Source: Geosiphon pyriformis uo1 (lineage: Eukaryota > Fungi > Glomeromycota). From it: 64,000 nucleotides of DNA. Positions 14,535 to 27,711 of the stretch are shown here, piece after piece. The stretch lies in the NCBI GenBank assembly GCA_016748015.1, contig JAAOMT010000235.1, positions 79,453-143,452 of the forward strand, written 5' to 3'. A program made the translations under genes and the position numbers. The notes beneath the pieces are model-generated. The model saw nothing but the letters and a program-made list of their open reading frames with translations. It had not been told where the DNA came from and did not search any database. Position 1 is the first letter of the stretch, and each line of letters opens with the position of its first letter.

Positions 14535-15178
14535 TGTTACAGGTTGGAGTAACAAGCTAACGGATAGCAAGGAAGAACAGGATTGTAAGGTGATGAAAGG
14601 AATCAAAGAGAATTCAACTTTTAAAGAGTGAATTGAATAAGTATGGATTCAATGTGTGAGATCAGTCTCATAAAATATCTCAGTTGCTATACTTTTCAAA
14701 GATAACCAGGGAATCTGAAAGTAGAAAAATAGTCCGTACTGTCAACAAATGATCACACTTGGTATAATTCTATGCTTCACATCAGCGCTCTTAGAATTCA
14801 ATATCAAGTATCAGATGTGCTCTTCAGTCATGTTTTATTCAATAATCTCCAAATGTTGCAATTACACAATTCAGGAAAAGAGTAAGGAATAACCAACAAG
14901 TAATCTTTTATCTTTAAGATGTTCAGATACTTGAAAGTAGGGAAAGAGAAATTAGTGATAAGAGAAGGATTGAGATGAAGATGTTATTTTATTTCTTTAT
15001 TTCTTTGATTTCTTCATGCCTTTCTACAGTTAAGAGATTCATTGCTTATATAGCTATCAAAAGTGGTCAATAATCAGATCAACAACTAGGTCAATGATCA
15101 GGTCAATGATTACTTACTAAAAATAGAGTGGCTAATACATGTGATAATTAATAAGAAGTATAAGTTTCAACTGTAACA
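14535..15178 (-). mobile_element. Solo LTR of Gypsy family A
   Basis: TGTTAC...GTAACA termini; 4-bp TSD ATAG (14531-14534 / 15179-15182); homologous to the other LTRs. Confidence 0.92.
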
Positions 15179-16094
15179 ATAGGTACCCAGAAGATCATTG
15201 AGCAGAGGAAAACCTGGGAAGCTAAGCTTGTTGGCCTACCACAGAACTGTACTGCACACTATCTGAGTAACACTCTGGATCAAATCAAAGCCTGATCTTG
15301 CTTTATTCCAAGAACTAGCAGAAACTATACTAGAATGGGATGTGCTTACATAGGGTTTGATAGTAAAGCCAGTCACCACAATGCTACCAATAAGCCCTTG
15401 GTAATTGGGGACACTTTGGTTTACTGGGTGCCTACTAATGCTAAAGAGTGTCATTTTTGTTATCAGATAAGACACTTGGTCTCAAATTGCCCTACTTTAC
15501 TTAAAAAAAAGGAGAGGAATACCAAGAAAGCTACCAACAACATATGGTTAGCCAAATTGTATGTTAAAAAGAATGTACCAAAAGAACATATCAAGGCCTT
15601 TGAAGGAAGATCATATGCTGAAATGGTGGCACTAAATCCATCTAATAATAGGTACAATGCAAACCCAAGTGGGTCTCAAAAAGCTGGCTTACATGTGAAC
15701 AACCAAGAGGGCCAACAGAAAAAAGGAACAAACCAGCCATGGAGATTTGAAATTGATAAATTGAGACAACAGGTGAATGAAATGGCTAAACTACTAAATG
15801 CTGTGGCTTTAAAGCTTGGAGTAACAGTGGAAAAAAAAGATGAAGGCAAAGTGGTAAATCAACCACCAAGTCATATATCAGAGAAAAAGAAAGAAGGGAA
15901 TAATAAAAAAGCAAAACAGTATATGTCTTCCAAACATACCTTAGAGGAAAAAAAAGAGGCATACAACCCAGAGAAAAAAATAAATGATATTAAAAAAGCC
16001 CTGGAACCTATTATAATACTGCTAAAACAAGTAGAGAAACAGAGTAACTGGAATGGTGCTACAGCTGGGGAATCTAAATCTATGGAAACAGATG

Positions 16095-19000
16095 ATGTAT
16101 AATACATCCAACTTCAATTTAGAACAAAACATTGCTGATAATAATATCAGGAAAATAGGAACTATTAATGTTAGAGGACTTAACAATCCTGGCAAAGCTG
16201 AGGAAGTACTACAATGAATTAAAGATAAACAGTTTGATTTTGTGGTCATTACAGAAACTAAACTAATCTCACTCAAAGAAAAAGAGGTGTTTTTTGATAC
16301 TGAGGAATTTCATGTTTTTTGAGAGTCAAGCACTGAGAAACAAATAGGAACTGGGGTGGGCATACTGGTCAGAAAATGTTGGACTTACCATGTAGAGGTA
16401 ATCAGAGGTTATCATAGGAGACTATTGCATCTGGTACTGAAATTTAAGGGTAAAATAAGTGTACACATAGTTGGGTTGTACATGCCTGTATTGAAATCAC
16501 CTACTAAAAAGGCAGTTGCAAAAGAGATCAGAAAGCTTTTAGCAGACATTGTGCAAAACAAAGAAATTGTCTTAGTGGCAGGCGATTTGAATGAAGATCT
16601 GGCAGTTAAATCACTTGAAAAGACAATTGCCACAAACAAAGAAAAAAAATGTCCCATTGCAACATTGCTGCAACAGATGAATCTCATGAATATACATGGA
16701 ATGTATGTAGTAAACAATCCAGATAATACATGGGCATCAAATGGAGTACAAAAGAGATTGGATTATGTGTTTACTGATGTTATTACAGCCTTACTGGTCA
16801 CAAATATTGGGGTGATTAACATTAATGAATTATTTAACACTGATTACAAAGCAGTAGTAATGATCATCCAATCTGATAGAATCTTGGCAGGCACTAAAAA
16901 ATTTAAATCTGGAAGAAAGAAGTGTAGCACAACTATAATTGATGTTAAAAAAGCATCTGGAGTCTAATAGAAGATCTATGCTAGAGAAACTGATTAACTA
17001 AGAGATAAAGCACAAAGAAAATTGATAGATAACAACAATGATGATCTAAATCAGATGTGGCTTACAATCAAGGAGACTGTGTTACAAGCTGCTGAGTGCC
17101 TACCAAAAAAGAAAGTAGGAGTCTGATCTGCACACACAAAGAAAGAATGCATGGATCACAAGCTTGTTAAGATTGTTGCTGATATAATCAAACAAATAAG
17201 AGTAAACAATGCAGATATGCATAATAACAATGTTATGCAGCTACTGGCCAAATGGAAACAATTGAAACCTGAAACAGTTAATGCATATCTAATGACTCTC
17301 CCAAAAGATAAGCTTATTATAGAATTACTAAGCATCAAAAAAGAATACAGATCTACACTGCATGCTAGGATCAGACTACAACAGCAAAGACAAATAGTAA
17401 ACAATATTATTAAAAGACAACAAAACTTTGAGTTAAGCAAAGAATCAATGATCAAAAGCATTCTGAACAGAAAAAGACAAAGGATAGTATTGGATCATGT
17501 TATAGAAGAAGGCAAATTTCATGATGATCCTGATGAAATCAAAAAGCTAATAAACAAAAAAGCTCAAAGGTGGACTAGAACAAGAATTTTTGAACCTGAA
17601 CTATGGAAAAGTTGGAAACACAGGTTTAGGCCAATTGAAAGCATCCCAGATCATGCCTTTGATGGTGTGATGGCTGAAATAATAATTGAAAAATTTGAAC
17701 ACACATTAAGCCACACACCTTATAACAAAGCTCTTGGCCCATCAGGCATACAAGCTGAACTTTGGAGGAAGTCTGGGCCTAATACCAAGTCTAAACTGAG
17801 AACATTGCTTAATGCTTGCCTGAGAAGTGGAGAATAGCACAGGTTATACTAATTCCAAAGCCAAAAGAATGGGGTGGCAATATTGACATCACCAGACTGA
17901 TTACACTCATTGAAAGCACTAGAAAGATCTTAACAAAGATTCTTACTGCAAGAATATCAAAAGCATGTAAGCTCCACAATGTTCTAAAAGGTTATAACAC
18001 CTCAGTTCTGAAGAATACATCTATAGCAGTGCTAATTCATGTGATTAATGCTGTTGCTAAGCATGCAAGAGAATTTGATAATAAGGCTTGGTTCACATTT
18101 CAGGACATGAAAAAAGCATATGACTCAGTGGGATGGAAATCCATGGAAGCTGCACTAAAGAGGATCAAAATGAACAATAGGTTTACTGAGCTATTTGGCT
18201 TGATGCACAACAATAAAAGCAATAGAATCCTAACTGAGTTTGGGTTAAGTGATAAATATTAAGTACAGGATGGATTAGATCAAGGGGAAACAAGCTCACC
18301 CATCATGTGGAGGATCTTCTATGACCTCTTACTGTGTGAAATAAAACAAGCAAATTACCACCAGGAATACTAATTAACAGCTAAATGGAAAAAGTGGGAC
18401 AATCAAGCAAACACACAATCCATACTGGCATCAGTAAACCACCTTACCTTTGTCAATGACACAGTGTGAATAGCTAACTCAAGACAAGGAATGCAGAGTA
18501 TTCTGAACACAGCCAGCTCCTTCTTTAGAATGGTAGATATTGAGATCAACTTAGATAAGACTGAAACAATAGTAGTTAGACTCTCCAAAAAGAAGTCAGT
18601 ATTGATTAAGCCACTAAAGTTTGGTCCAAACAAACAAATCTTGAAATTGTTGGATCTGTCTACATGCACTTGATATTTGGGGGTGTGGATTAGAGCAGAT
18701 GGAAAAAATGAGACTGTGCTGAATATAATAGAATCTGATATTGAAGCAGTGTGTGGAGTTATTAGGAAAAAACACATCACAGAAAAACAGGTGATTTACA
18801 TTTTCAACAGTGTACTCAGTCCAGCAATAGAATTTAGATCACAGTTAACCCATATACCAAACAGTTGGACCAAAAGATGGAACTCAAAAATCTCAGCCAT
18901 TGTAAAGAAAAAAGCAAACCCCTTAGTAGATTTTCCAGCCAGTGCCATGCATCATTCATCTTTGTACAACTTATTCAAAATTGATGACATATAGGCGAAA

Positions 19001-19238
19001 AGCAAGATCACAGATTTGTTGGTTAGATTGAACAGTAATGATATTGCTGGAATGACTACAAAAATCAGACTAGCCAACTTGCAAGCACAGAGATGGTCAG
19101 CTTATAGTATACTTGAATATTCCACAAATGAACAATCTAAGCCAGGAGTTAATCTAATAGCAAACATCATGCAGATAATGAATGAAAGAGGCATCTTATT
19201 CAAAAGCTCTGGTAACACATATGGGGTGCCTGAATTCT
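16095..19238 (+). pseudogene. LINE copy 3 ORF2, APE and RT part (RNase H at 24250-24940 and 42484-43027; C-terminus 45413-45917)
   Basis: IGTINVRGLNNPGK, VAGDLN, QDMKKAYDSV, GLDQGETSSP; later ISTDGSL, KTEAKAVLLALE, NEMANKLAK. Confidence 0.9.
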
Positions 19239-22200
19239 TTTTTTTTGTTAACGTGTAGCCATACTGGTCTTTTATTAGTTTAGCCACACTTACAAAACAT
19301 GACCTTTTCATAAAGCCAACTCACCCAATAATCTAAATTACAAGATATGGCTAACCACTAAGTAGTTACGCCTAACTACATGCTAGTATAACCAAATTTA
19401 TGGGGTATTACACTATCACACATAGTACTCCTACCACAAAAAACATCAGTCAGTATACCATTACACTGTGTAGAAACATCATCTACTTTGACTATGGGTT
19501 TACCACTAACTTTATCACTATTCCTTGAAATGCTATCTACACTGAAGCCACCAGTTGGATTTCTCTTGACCCTATTATCAATACCCATTGTTTTTTTCCA
19601 TTCAGTTTGCAGTTTGCAACATTCTCCCCACAATCTATTCCTTGCTTAAGTAACTGCCCATTTACACACCTTAATCAATACTTTATTGCTAGTCCTTAGG
19701 TCGATGTCAGAAAAGGTATTGATCCTTCCAAATTGCTTATTGACCAGTCCTTTACATAGTAGATCTACATTAGACATTGACATAATGTATTCCTTAGACA
19801 GTACAATCTTCTCATCAGTATTTTGGGCTTTGCATCCCCCTCTCACAGCCTTTGAAAGGCACTGTATCCACTTATTTTTTACATCATCAATCAGTGTCTT
19901 GCCCTTTTGGGTATTCAAAGAGCATTCCCAAAAGTGCCACTTCCCTGTGACATGTCTTGCAAAGATTATTCAAGTATACATGGGAACGTCTGTTGTATAG
20001 CACCTCTGCTGTTGGCAGCATGTTGTGAAATGATTTCATAATAAATGTGCACATTGCTGAGGAATTAGCTGAGGTGAAGCCTGATGACATTTTATCATCC
20101 CAGTTCCAAATCTTGGTTGTACATATTCAGTCTATATCTTGGTCTAAAGATCTTATCGTTTCTTGTACTTTGTTGTTGCCTATCCAGTCTAAAGCTGATT
20201 GAAGACTAGCTTGTTTATTCAGAAAATGCCTGATGTTTAGATCCAATTCAACTCCTCTACAAACGAGAATGTATGCAGTCTTCTTAGCATTGTAGGCCCA
20301 CCTCATTGTATCAAGAGCAGTAGATTCTTTGGCTAGTTTGTCAGCCTTCTCATTTTTGAATATACCAGCATGTGCAGCCACTTTGTTCATGCTGAGGTCA
20401 ATCTTTTTTTCCCTTATTATCACTCTGATTGCATTCCATGTGCACCAGTTTGAGGTTTTGAGCTGATTTCTAATAGACAGAGGAGAATCTTTGGACAACC
20501 ATCTTTGAGCCATTGCCATCACCGCTTGACTATCCATGTTTATTGTTAGTTTACATCTGTAAGGCACTACTTCCAAAGCTAGCAATACAGCCTTTGCCTC
20601 TGCTTTTGTTGATGACAATGTTCCATCAATTGCTATACCAAATTCAGTCTCTATCCCATGTGTTATGAAGGCAGCTGCTCCTTTTACATCCTCAAAACCA
20701 GTCTTTACCAGTGAGCCATCTGTTGACATTTCTATCTCTTTCCTAAGTTTTAACTTCTCTCGTACACTCTTCCATTGTGATAGTAAAGTGTCAGGGATAT
20801 GGATGTAAATAGTGTCTCTTTGCATCGTCTCTAAATCATCTGGTATTTGGTTAGTCAGTATGTGCATACCCAATGTCTTACATTGTGCTACATCAATGTT
20901 TCTGTACTCATCCATAATGATTGTAGATTCTAAAATCTTAAACCATCTGGGAATTCTACCACTATCGTTTTGTCTGTACTTCCTTGTGAAGTCCATCCAT
21001 GTCATCAACGACTCATCATTGTTCTGTATCTGATGCAAGTACAACAAGTTTTTCTTTCTTAGTAAGCTTCTAATTTTAATGTAGGTTTCATTTGAAGGTA
21101 AGATAAATTCAATTAAATACGCCTGTGGTCTTGAAGATTCAGGTATCCCATGTGTGTTACCATTGCTCTTAAATGAGATTTCTCTTTTTTCTATCATCTG
21201 TATAATGTTTGTTATAAGATTAACCCCTGGCTTGGATTGTTCATTGGTGAGATATTCAATTATACTATGAGCTGACTATCTCTGTGCCTGCAAGTTGGCT
21301 AGTCTGATTTTTGTAGCCAATTCAGCAATATCAGCACTGTTCAATCTAACTAACAAATCTGTGATCTTGCTTTTTGCTTGTATATCATCAATTTTGAACA
21401 GGTTATACAAGGATGAGTGATGCATGGCACTGGCTGGAAAGTCTACTGAGAGTTTTGCTTTTTTTTTCACAGTGGCTGAAATCTTTGAATTCCATTTTTT
21501 AGCCCAGCTATTAGGAATATGAGTCAACTGAGATCTGAATTCAATAGCTGGACTGAGTACACTGTTAAAAATGTAAATGGCCTGTTTTTCAGTTATGTGT
21601 TTTTTCCTAATGACTGCACACACTGCTTCAATGTCAGATCCTATCATTTTTAGAACAGTCTCATTTTTACCATCTGCTCTAATCCATACTCCCAAATATT
21701 GGGTACATGTAGATGGATCCAACAATTTCAAGATTTGTTTGTCTGGACCAAATTTTAGTGGCTTCACCATCAAAGATCTCTCTTTGGAGGGTCTGACCAC
21801 TATTGTCTCAGTCTTTCCTAAGTTGATCTCAATATCTACCATTCTAAAAAAGGAGCTGGCTGTGTTCAAAATACTTTGCATTCCTTGTCTTGAGTTAGCT
21901 ATCCACACTGTGTCATTGACAAAGGCAAGGTGATTCACTGACACCAACAGAGATTGTGTATCTGCTTGATTATCTCACTTTTTCTATGCTGCTGTCAGTT
22001 TGTATCCCTGACTATAATTGGCTTGTTTTACTTCACACAGTAAGAGGTCATAGAAAATTCTCCACATGATGGATGAGCTTGTTTCCCCCTGATCCAGTCC
22101 ATCCTGTACTTGATATTCATCACTCAGTTATTATCCTGTTGCTTCTATTGTTGTGCATCAAGCCAAACAGCTCAGTAAACTTATTGTTCATCTTAATCCT

Positions 22201-24249
22201 CTTTAGTGCGGCTTCCATGGGTTTCCATCCCACTGAATCATATGCCTTTTTCATGTCCTGAAATGTAAACCAAGCCTCCTTATCAAATTCTCTTGTATGT
22301 TCAGCTACAGCATTAATCACATGAATAGGCACTGCTGTGGAAGTATTCTTTAATACTGAGGTGTTGTAACCTTTTAGGACATTGTGAAGTTCACACGCTT
22401 TTGATATTCTCACAGTTAGAATCTTTGTTAAGATTTTTCTGGTGCTTTCAATAAGTGTGATCAGCCTGGTGATGTCAATATTGCCACCCCATTCTTTTGG
22501 CTTTGGAATCAGTATGACTTGTGCTACTCTCCACTTCTCAGGCATGTTTGCTGCTTTAATGCAAGTGTTGAGCAATGTTTTCAGTTTAGACTTGGTATTA
22601 GACCCAGCCTTCCTCCAGAGTTCAGCTTGAATGCCTGATAGACCAGGGGCTTTGTTATGGGGTATGTGGCTCAATATGTGTTCAAATTCTTCATTTGTTA
22701 ATTCATCCATTACACCATTAAAGGCATGGTCTGGAATGCTTTCGATCGGTTCAAATCTGTGTTCCCAACTTTTCCATAGGTCAGGCTCAATGCTTCTTGT
22801 TCTGGTCCATCCTTGGGCTTTTTTGTTTACTAGCTTTTTAATTTCATCAGGATCATCATGAAATTCACCTTTTTCAATTACATGGTCTAATACAATTCTT
22901 TGTCTTTTTCTGTTCATGATGCTTTTGATCATAGCTCCTTTGTTTAGATCAAAGTTTTGTTGTCTTCTAATGATATTGTCCACTATCTGTCTCTGCTGTT
23001 GTAGCCTGATCCTAGCTCGCAGAGTTGATTTGTATTCTTTCTTAATATTGAGTAGTTCCACAATTAGCTTATCTCTTGAGAGAGTCATCAGATATGCATT
23101 AACTGCCTCAGGTTTTAGCTGTTTCCATTTGGCCAACAACTGCATAACATTGTTATCGTGCATATCTGCATTGTTTACTCTTATTTGTTTGATTATATCA
23201 GCAACAATCTTAACAAGCTTGTGATCTATGCATTCTTTCTTTGTGTGTGCAGATCGGGCTCCCACTTTCCTTTTCGGTAGGCACTCAGCAGCTTGTAATA
23301 CAGTCTCCTTGATTGTAAGCCACATCTGGTTTAGATCATCCTTGCTGTTATCTATCGATTTTCTTTGTGCTTTATCTGTTAGTTGATCAGATTCTCTAGC
23401 ATAAATTTCTCATTGGACTCCAGATGCCTTTTTAACATCAATCATAGTTGTGCTACACTTTTTTCTTCCAGATTTAGATTTTTTAGTGCCTGCCAATATT
23501 CTGTCAGATCAGATGATTGTCACCACAGCTTTGTGATCAGTGCTAAAGGATTCATTAACATCAATCACCCCAATGTTTGTGACCAGTGAGGCTGTAACTG
23601 CATCAGTAAATACATAGTTCAATCTTCTTTGTACCCCATTTGATGCCTATGTCTTTTCTGGATTGTTTGTTGCATATGCCCCATGTGTATCCACTAAATT
23701 CATATATTGTAATGTTGCAATAGTTGGCCTTATTTGTAGCATATGTTTCCTCAAATGACTTGGATGACAGATCTTCATTCAAATCACCTGCTACTATGAT
23801 AATCTCTTTGTTCTGTACAATGTCTCCCAAAAGTTTCTTAATTTCTTTAGCTACTGCTCTCTCAGTAGGTGATTTGGAAGCAGGCATGTACAGTCCTACT
23901 ATGTGCACATTTATTCTTCCTCTAAATTTCAACCCCAAATGCAACAATCTCTCATGAAACCTCCTGATTGTTTCTATATGGTGTACCCAACATTTTTTGA
24001 CCAGTATACCAACACCAGTTCCCATTTGTTTCTCTGTACTTGATTCCCAAAAGGCATGATATTCATCAGAACCAAAAAATACACACTTTTTTTTTGTTGG
24101 AGTCATTTTAGTTTCCATAACAATCACAAAATCAAATTGTTCCTCAATAACCCATTATAGCACCTCTTCAGCTTTACCAGAATTATTAAGTCCCTAACAT
24201 TAACAGTACCAATTTTCCAAGTGTTGTTATTGGAGTAGTTCTGTTCTAT
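19239..24249 (-). mobile_element. LINE copy 4, 5'-truncated (near-complete ORF2 plus 3' tail and poly(A)), inserted in copy 3
   Basis: TSD GTGCCTGAAT(T/C)CT 19226-19238 / 24250-24262; T-run 19238-19246; EN, RT, RNase H (STDGSL, KAEAKA, DSQA, KVAAHAG..NEKADKLAK), CKTC zinc finger; ends FGYTSM*. Confidence 0.92.
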
Positions 24250-27054
24250 GTGCCTGAATCCTCAAGACCACATGCACATTTAATTGAGACAGTCATAGCT
24301 CCAGGTGTAGCCTACACTAAAGTTAGAGGTTTACTAAGGAAAGAAAACATTTTGTATTTACATCAGGTTTAAAACAAGGATAGATTGTTAATAAAATGGA
24401 TGGACTTCACAAGGAAGTACAGACAAAATGACAGTGGTAGAATTCCCAAATGGTTTAAGATTTTAGAGTCTACAATCATTATAGATGAACACAGGAACAT
24501 TAATGTAACCCAATGTGAAGCAGTGGGGATACACAAAATAGATAACCAAATACCAGATAACCTAAATACAATACAAAAGAACTCTATTTACATCCAAATT
24601 CTTGATGCTCTATTACCACAATGGAGAGATGTGCAAGATAAGTTGAGGCTCAGAAAAGAAATAGAAATATCAACAGATGGATCACTGGTAAAAGCTGGTT
24701 TTGAGAATGCTAGAGGAGCAGCCACTTTTGTGACTCATGAAATAGAGGCCAACTTTGGTATAGCAGTTAATGGAACTTTATTATCAACAAAGACTGAAGC
24801 AAAAGCTGTATTATTGGCTTTAGAAGCAGTGCCTTATAAATGCAAACTGACATTGAACACAGATAGTTAGGCAGTAGTGTCAACAGCTCAAAAATGGTTG
24901 TCCAAAAATTCTCCCTTGTCTATTAGGAATCAGCTCAAAAAAAAAAAAAGATCATTGAATACTCTTTCTCTCCTAAATTTCATGACCACAAATAGAGCTA
25001 AGAGTAAAAAAGTTGCAAATGTTACTTTTCCTATAGTGACTAATAAAGTTTCAACACGAAAGGGTCTCTCTGTTATTGAAGCAGCTAGACAAAATGTTCT
25101 GGCAACATTTCCTTTAAAAAATAATAGTAATAAGCTGCCTTTAGTGGCTTCTGGTTCATTTTCTTCACCTTTGGCTGGTAGTTCTTCTTCAGTCAAAGTT
25201 CCTTCAAAAAAGCCCAAAGATTTTTAATAACAGACCAGTCAACAAGTTGGTCTTTCCTGCTCTCACCACTCCCACTATTACTTCTACTATTACTGCTTCA
25301 CAAATGGCCGTGAAAGCCAAAAATTCCAAAAAACAGTAGCAGGCAGTCACAACTGCTATGGTCATACTGAACTCCTTTGTGGTTCCAAATGAGATCTTCA
25401 GTAAGATCTTCACAGCAGCAGCCAGTCCACTTCCTGATATGGATGGCAACAGCAGTGGCCCATCTCCCAAGATGGGCCAAGATCAACCACTGGCTGTGTT
25501 GCCTGATGTGGTAATCTCTGGCAGATCATTGCCAATCCCAGTAGCAAAACAGTCTATCAATCCAGATGATCTCAAAAATTGGGCTGATCAGATGGAAATG
25601 GAATTAACTGTCTCTCCCCCAGTTTCTGGTGCTGCTGATGGTGGTGCTTAGAAAAATGTGAATGGTTGTCAGAGGTTCTCTGGTTGGGTGGCCTCCAATC
25701 TAGTACCTGGAGCTACATTCAAGATCAAAATGGCCCTGCTTGGTTTCTTGTTCCAGTTACTGCCTGGTTGTATTGGGCTTAAATCAGTTTCACAAGATGC
25801 TGTTAAGTTGTTCTGTGTGGAATTTGCATCTCAGGAGTGTTTAAATGGTGCCACCAAAATGGCCATCAGTAATGAGGTGTTTTTGACCACTCTTAAGATT
25901 GTATGGTTTTCTGATGTGGCCTCTGTTTCTTTCCCTTCCTTGTCAGTTGCACTGCACGATGTACTTTTGGGTACCTCTTCTGATGACATCAAAACTGCTT
26001 TTGGCATTTTTGGTGTTGTCACTTCTGTTAAGTTGAAGCCTGCTGGCTTATGGCAATATGCTGTGGTTAATTTTAAGGACATTTCTTCTGCTACTGCTGC
26101 TCTCTTTAACTGGTTTGTATTGGTCAGAAAAGATAGTGTTAGGATTCTTTCTGTTGCCAACCAAAAGGAGGTTATTTCCTCAAGAGATGCATTCAAAGCT
26201 AAGTTGGTCAATCTTCCATTTGGCTGTACTGCCTTTGAGATAAGTGATTTGGTCTTCCAAGTTGGTGGCCGTACATGTTTCATTCTTCACTCCCCTGAAT
26301 CTTATTGATGTCAACACTTTGCTGTGGTTACATTTGATTCTTTGGAATCTCTAAATGTTGCTGTGTCAAAAACTGGTACCTTGCATGGTTGTCGCATCTG
26401 GTGGGAAACTTCACTGCTACAGGTGTCAAGACTTGAATCATTTGGCTGTGAACTGCAAGAAGTTGCCTCCTCTCCCATCTAAACTCCCTTCCAACACCTT
26501 TGGTGGCCCCAAAAATTTCAAATCTTCATTTGTTGGATCTAAATCTTATGCCAAGACTGCTGCTTTTGTGGTTCCTCCTGGTGCTGCTGCTGCTGATATG
26601 GAGTTGGATCTTGGTGATTCTCCCAAAACTACAACACCTGTGTTGCCTGCTGTCTCTTATGTTCCCAATACTGCTGTTGAATCTAGGTTAATGAACTATC
26701 TGTGTTGATTAAATCCTTGGTTGAACCTGTTGGTGCTCTGGTTGCTATAGATGTGTCAGTTAAGGAATGTATAGATGGGTTGGCTAAGCAAAATAAAGGC
26801 TTGGCTGCTGTTGCCATCATGATGCAGAAAAGATTAACACGTCTTGAGACAATAAGTGAATGGATTTGCTTGGAGAATGGATCAGATGTTGATGACATGG
26901 TTGATGATGTTGATCATGATGATGATGAAGATAGAGATTTTTCAGTTTATGATAACACTTTTGATGTCATTGTTACAGTTGAAACCCATAATTTTATTAG
27001 TTATCACATGTATTAGTCACTAATGTCATAATTAGCCATTCTATTTTTAGATAG

Positions 27055-27138
27055 TGATCATTGACCTGATCAATAACCTGACCATTGACTTGATTATTGA
27101 CCTGATCATTGACCTAGTCATTGACCTGGTCATTGACT
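27055..27138 (+). repeat. Tandem 12-mer (TGATCATTGACC)n in the LTR, upstream of the TATA box
   Basis: About 7 degenerate units here; unit number differs among LTR copies. Confidence 0.85.
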
Positions 27139-27150
27139 ACTTTCAATAGC

Positions 27151-27210
27151 TATATAAGTGATAAGTCTCTTAGCTGTAGAAAATCATCTTTCAGACAAGA
27201 ATCAAATAAA
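27151..27210 (+). promoter_or_regulatory. Putative LTR TATA box (TATATAA 27151-27157) and poly(A) signal (AATAAA 27205-27210)
   Basis: Motifs in the expected order after the repeat array; GCTATATAAG-like box in most LTR copies. Confidence 0.5.
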
Positions 27211-27665
27211 TAAAAATAACAACTTTCATCTCAATCACTCTTTTATTACTAATTTCCCTTTCCCTACCTTTAAGTATCCGAACATCTTAGGATAAAAGAT
27301 TACTTGTTGGCCTTTTCCTGTTTGAATAATTGTAGTATTTGAAGACTATTTGTATAAACGTGACTGAAGAGCACAAGTTGATACCTGATATTGAATTCTA
27401 AGAGTGCTGACATAAAGGCATAGAATTAATATCAGCAGTGATCAATTGTTGACAGTATGGACTATTCCTCTACCTTCAGATTCCCTTGTTACCTTTTGAA
27501 AAGAATAGTGACTGAGATATTTTATGAGACTGATCTCATACATTGAATCCATACTCATTCAATTTGTTCATTGAAGTTGAATCCCCTTTGATTATTTCCA
27601 TCACTCTACAATCCTGTTCTCCCTTGCTATCCATTAGCTTGTTACTCCAACCCATAACATAAAAG

Positions 27666-27684
27666 TGGTGCTCTCTGTGAGGTT
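27666..27684 (+). promoter_or_regulatory. Primer-binding site, probably for elongator tRNA-Met
   Basis: TGGTGCTC(C/T)CTGTGAGGTT 6 nt after the LTR; also at 39833-39851 (-) and 49835-49853. Complement AACCTCACAGGGAGCACCA resembles the eukaryotic elongator tRNA-Met 3' end. Confidence 0.7.
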
Positions 27685-27711
27685 GTCAAAATTCACTTAT
27701 TTTCTCATTGT

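Noticed and set aside
27055-27138. CRISPR-like array
   Set aside because: Head-to-tail 12-mers with no unique spacers, inside a eukaryotic LTR; no cas genes.
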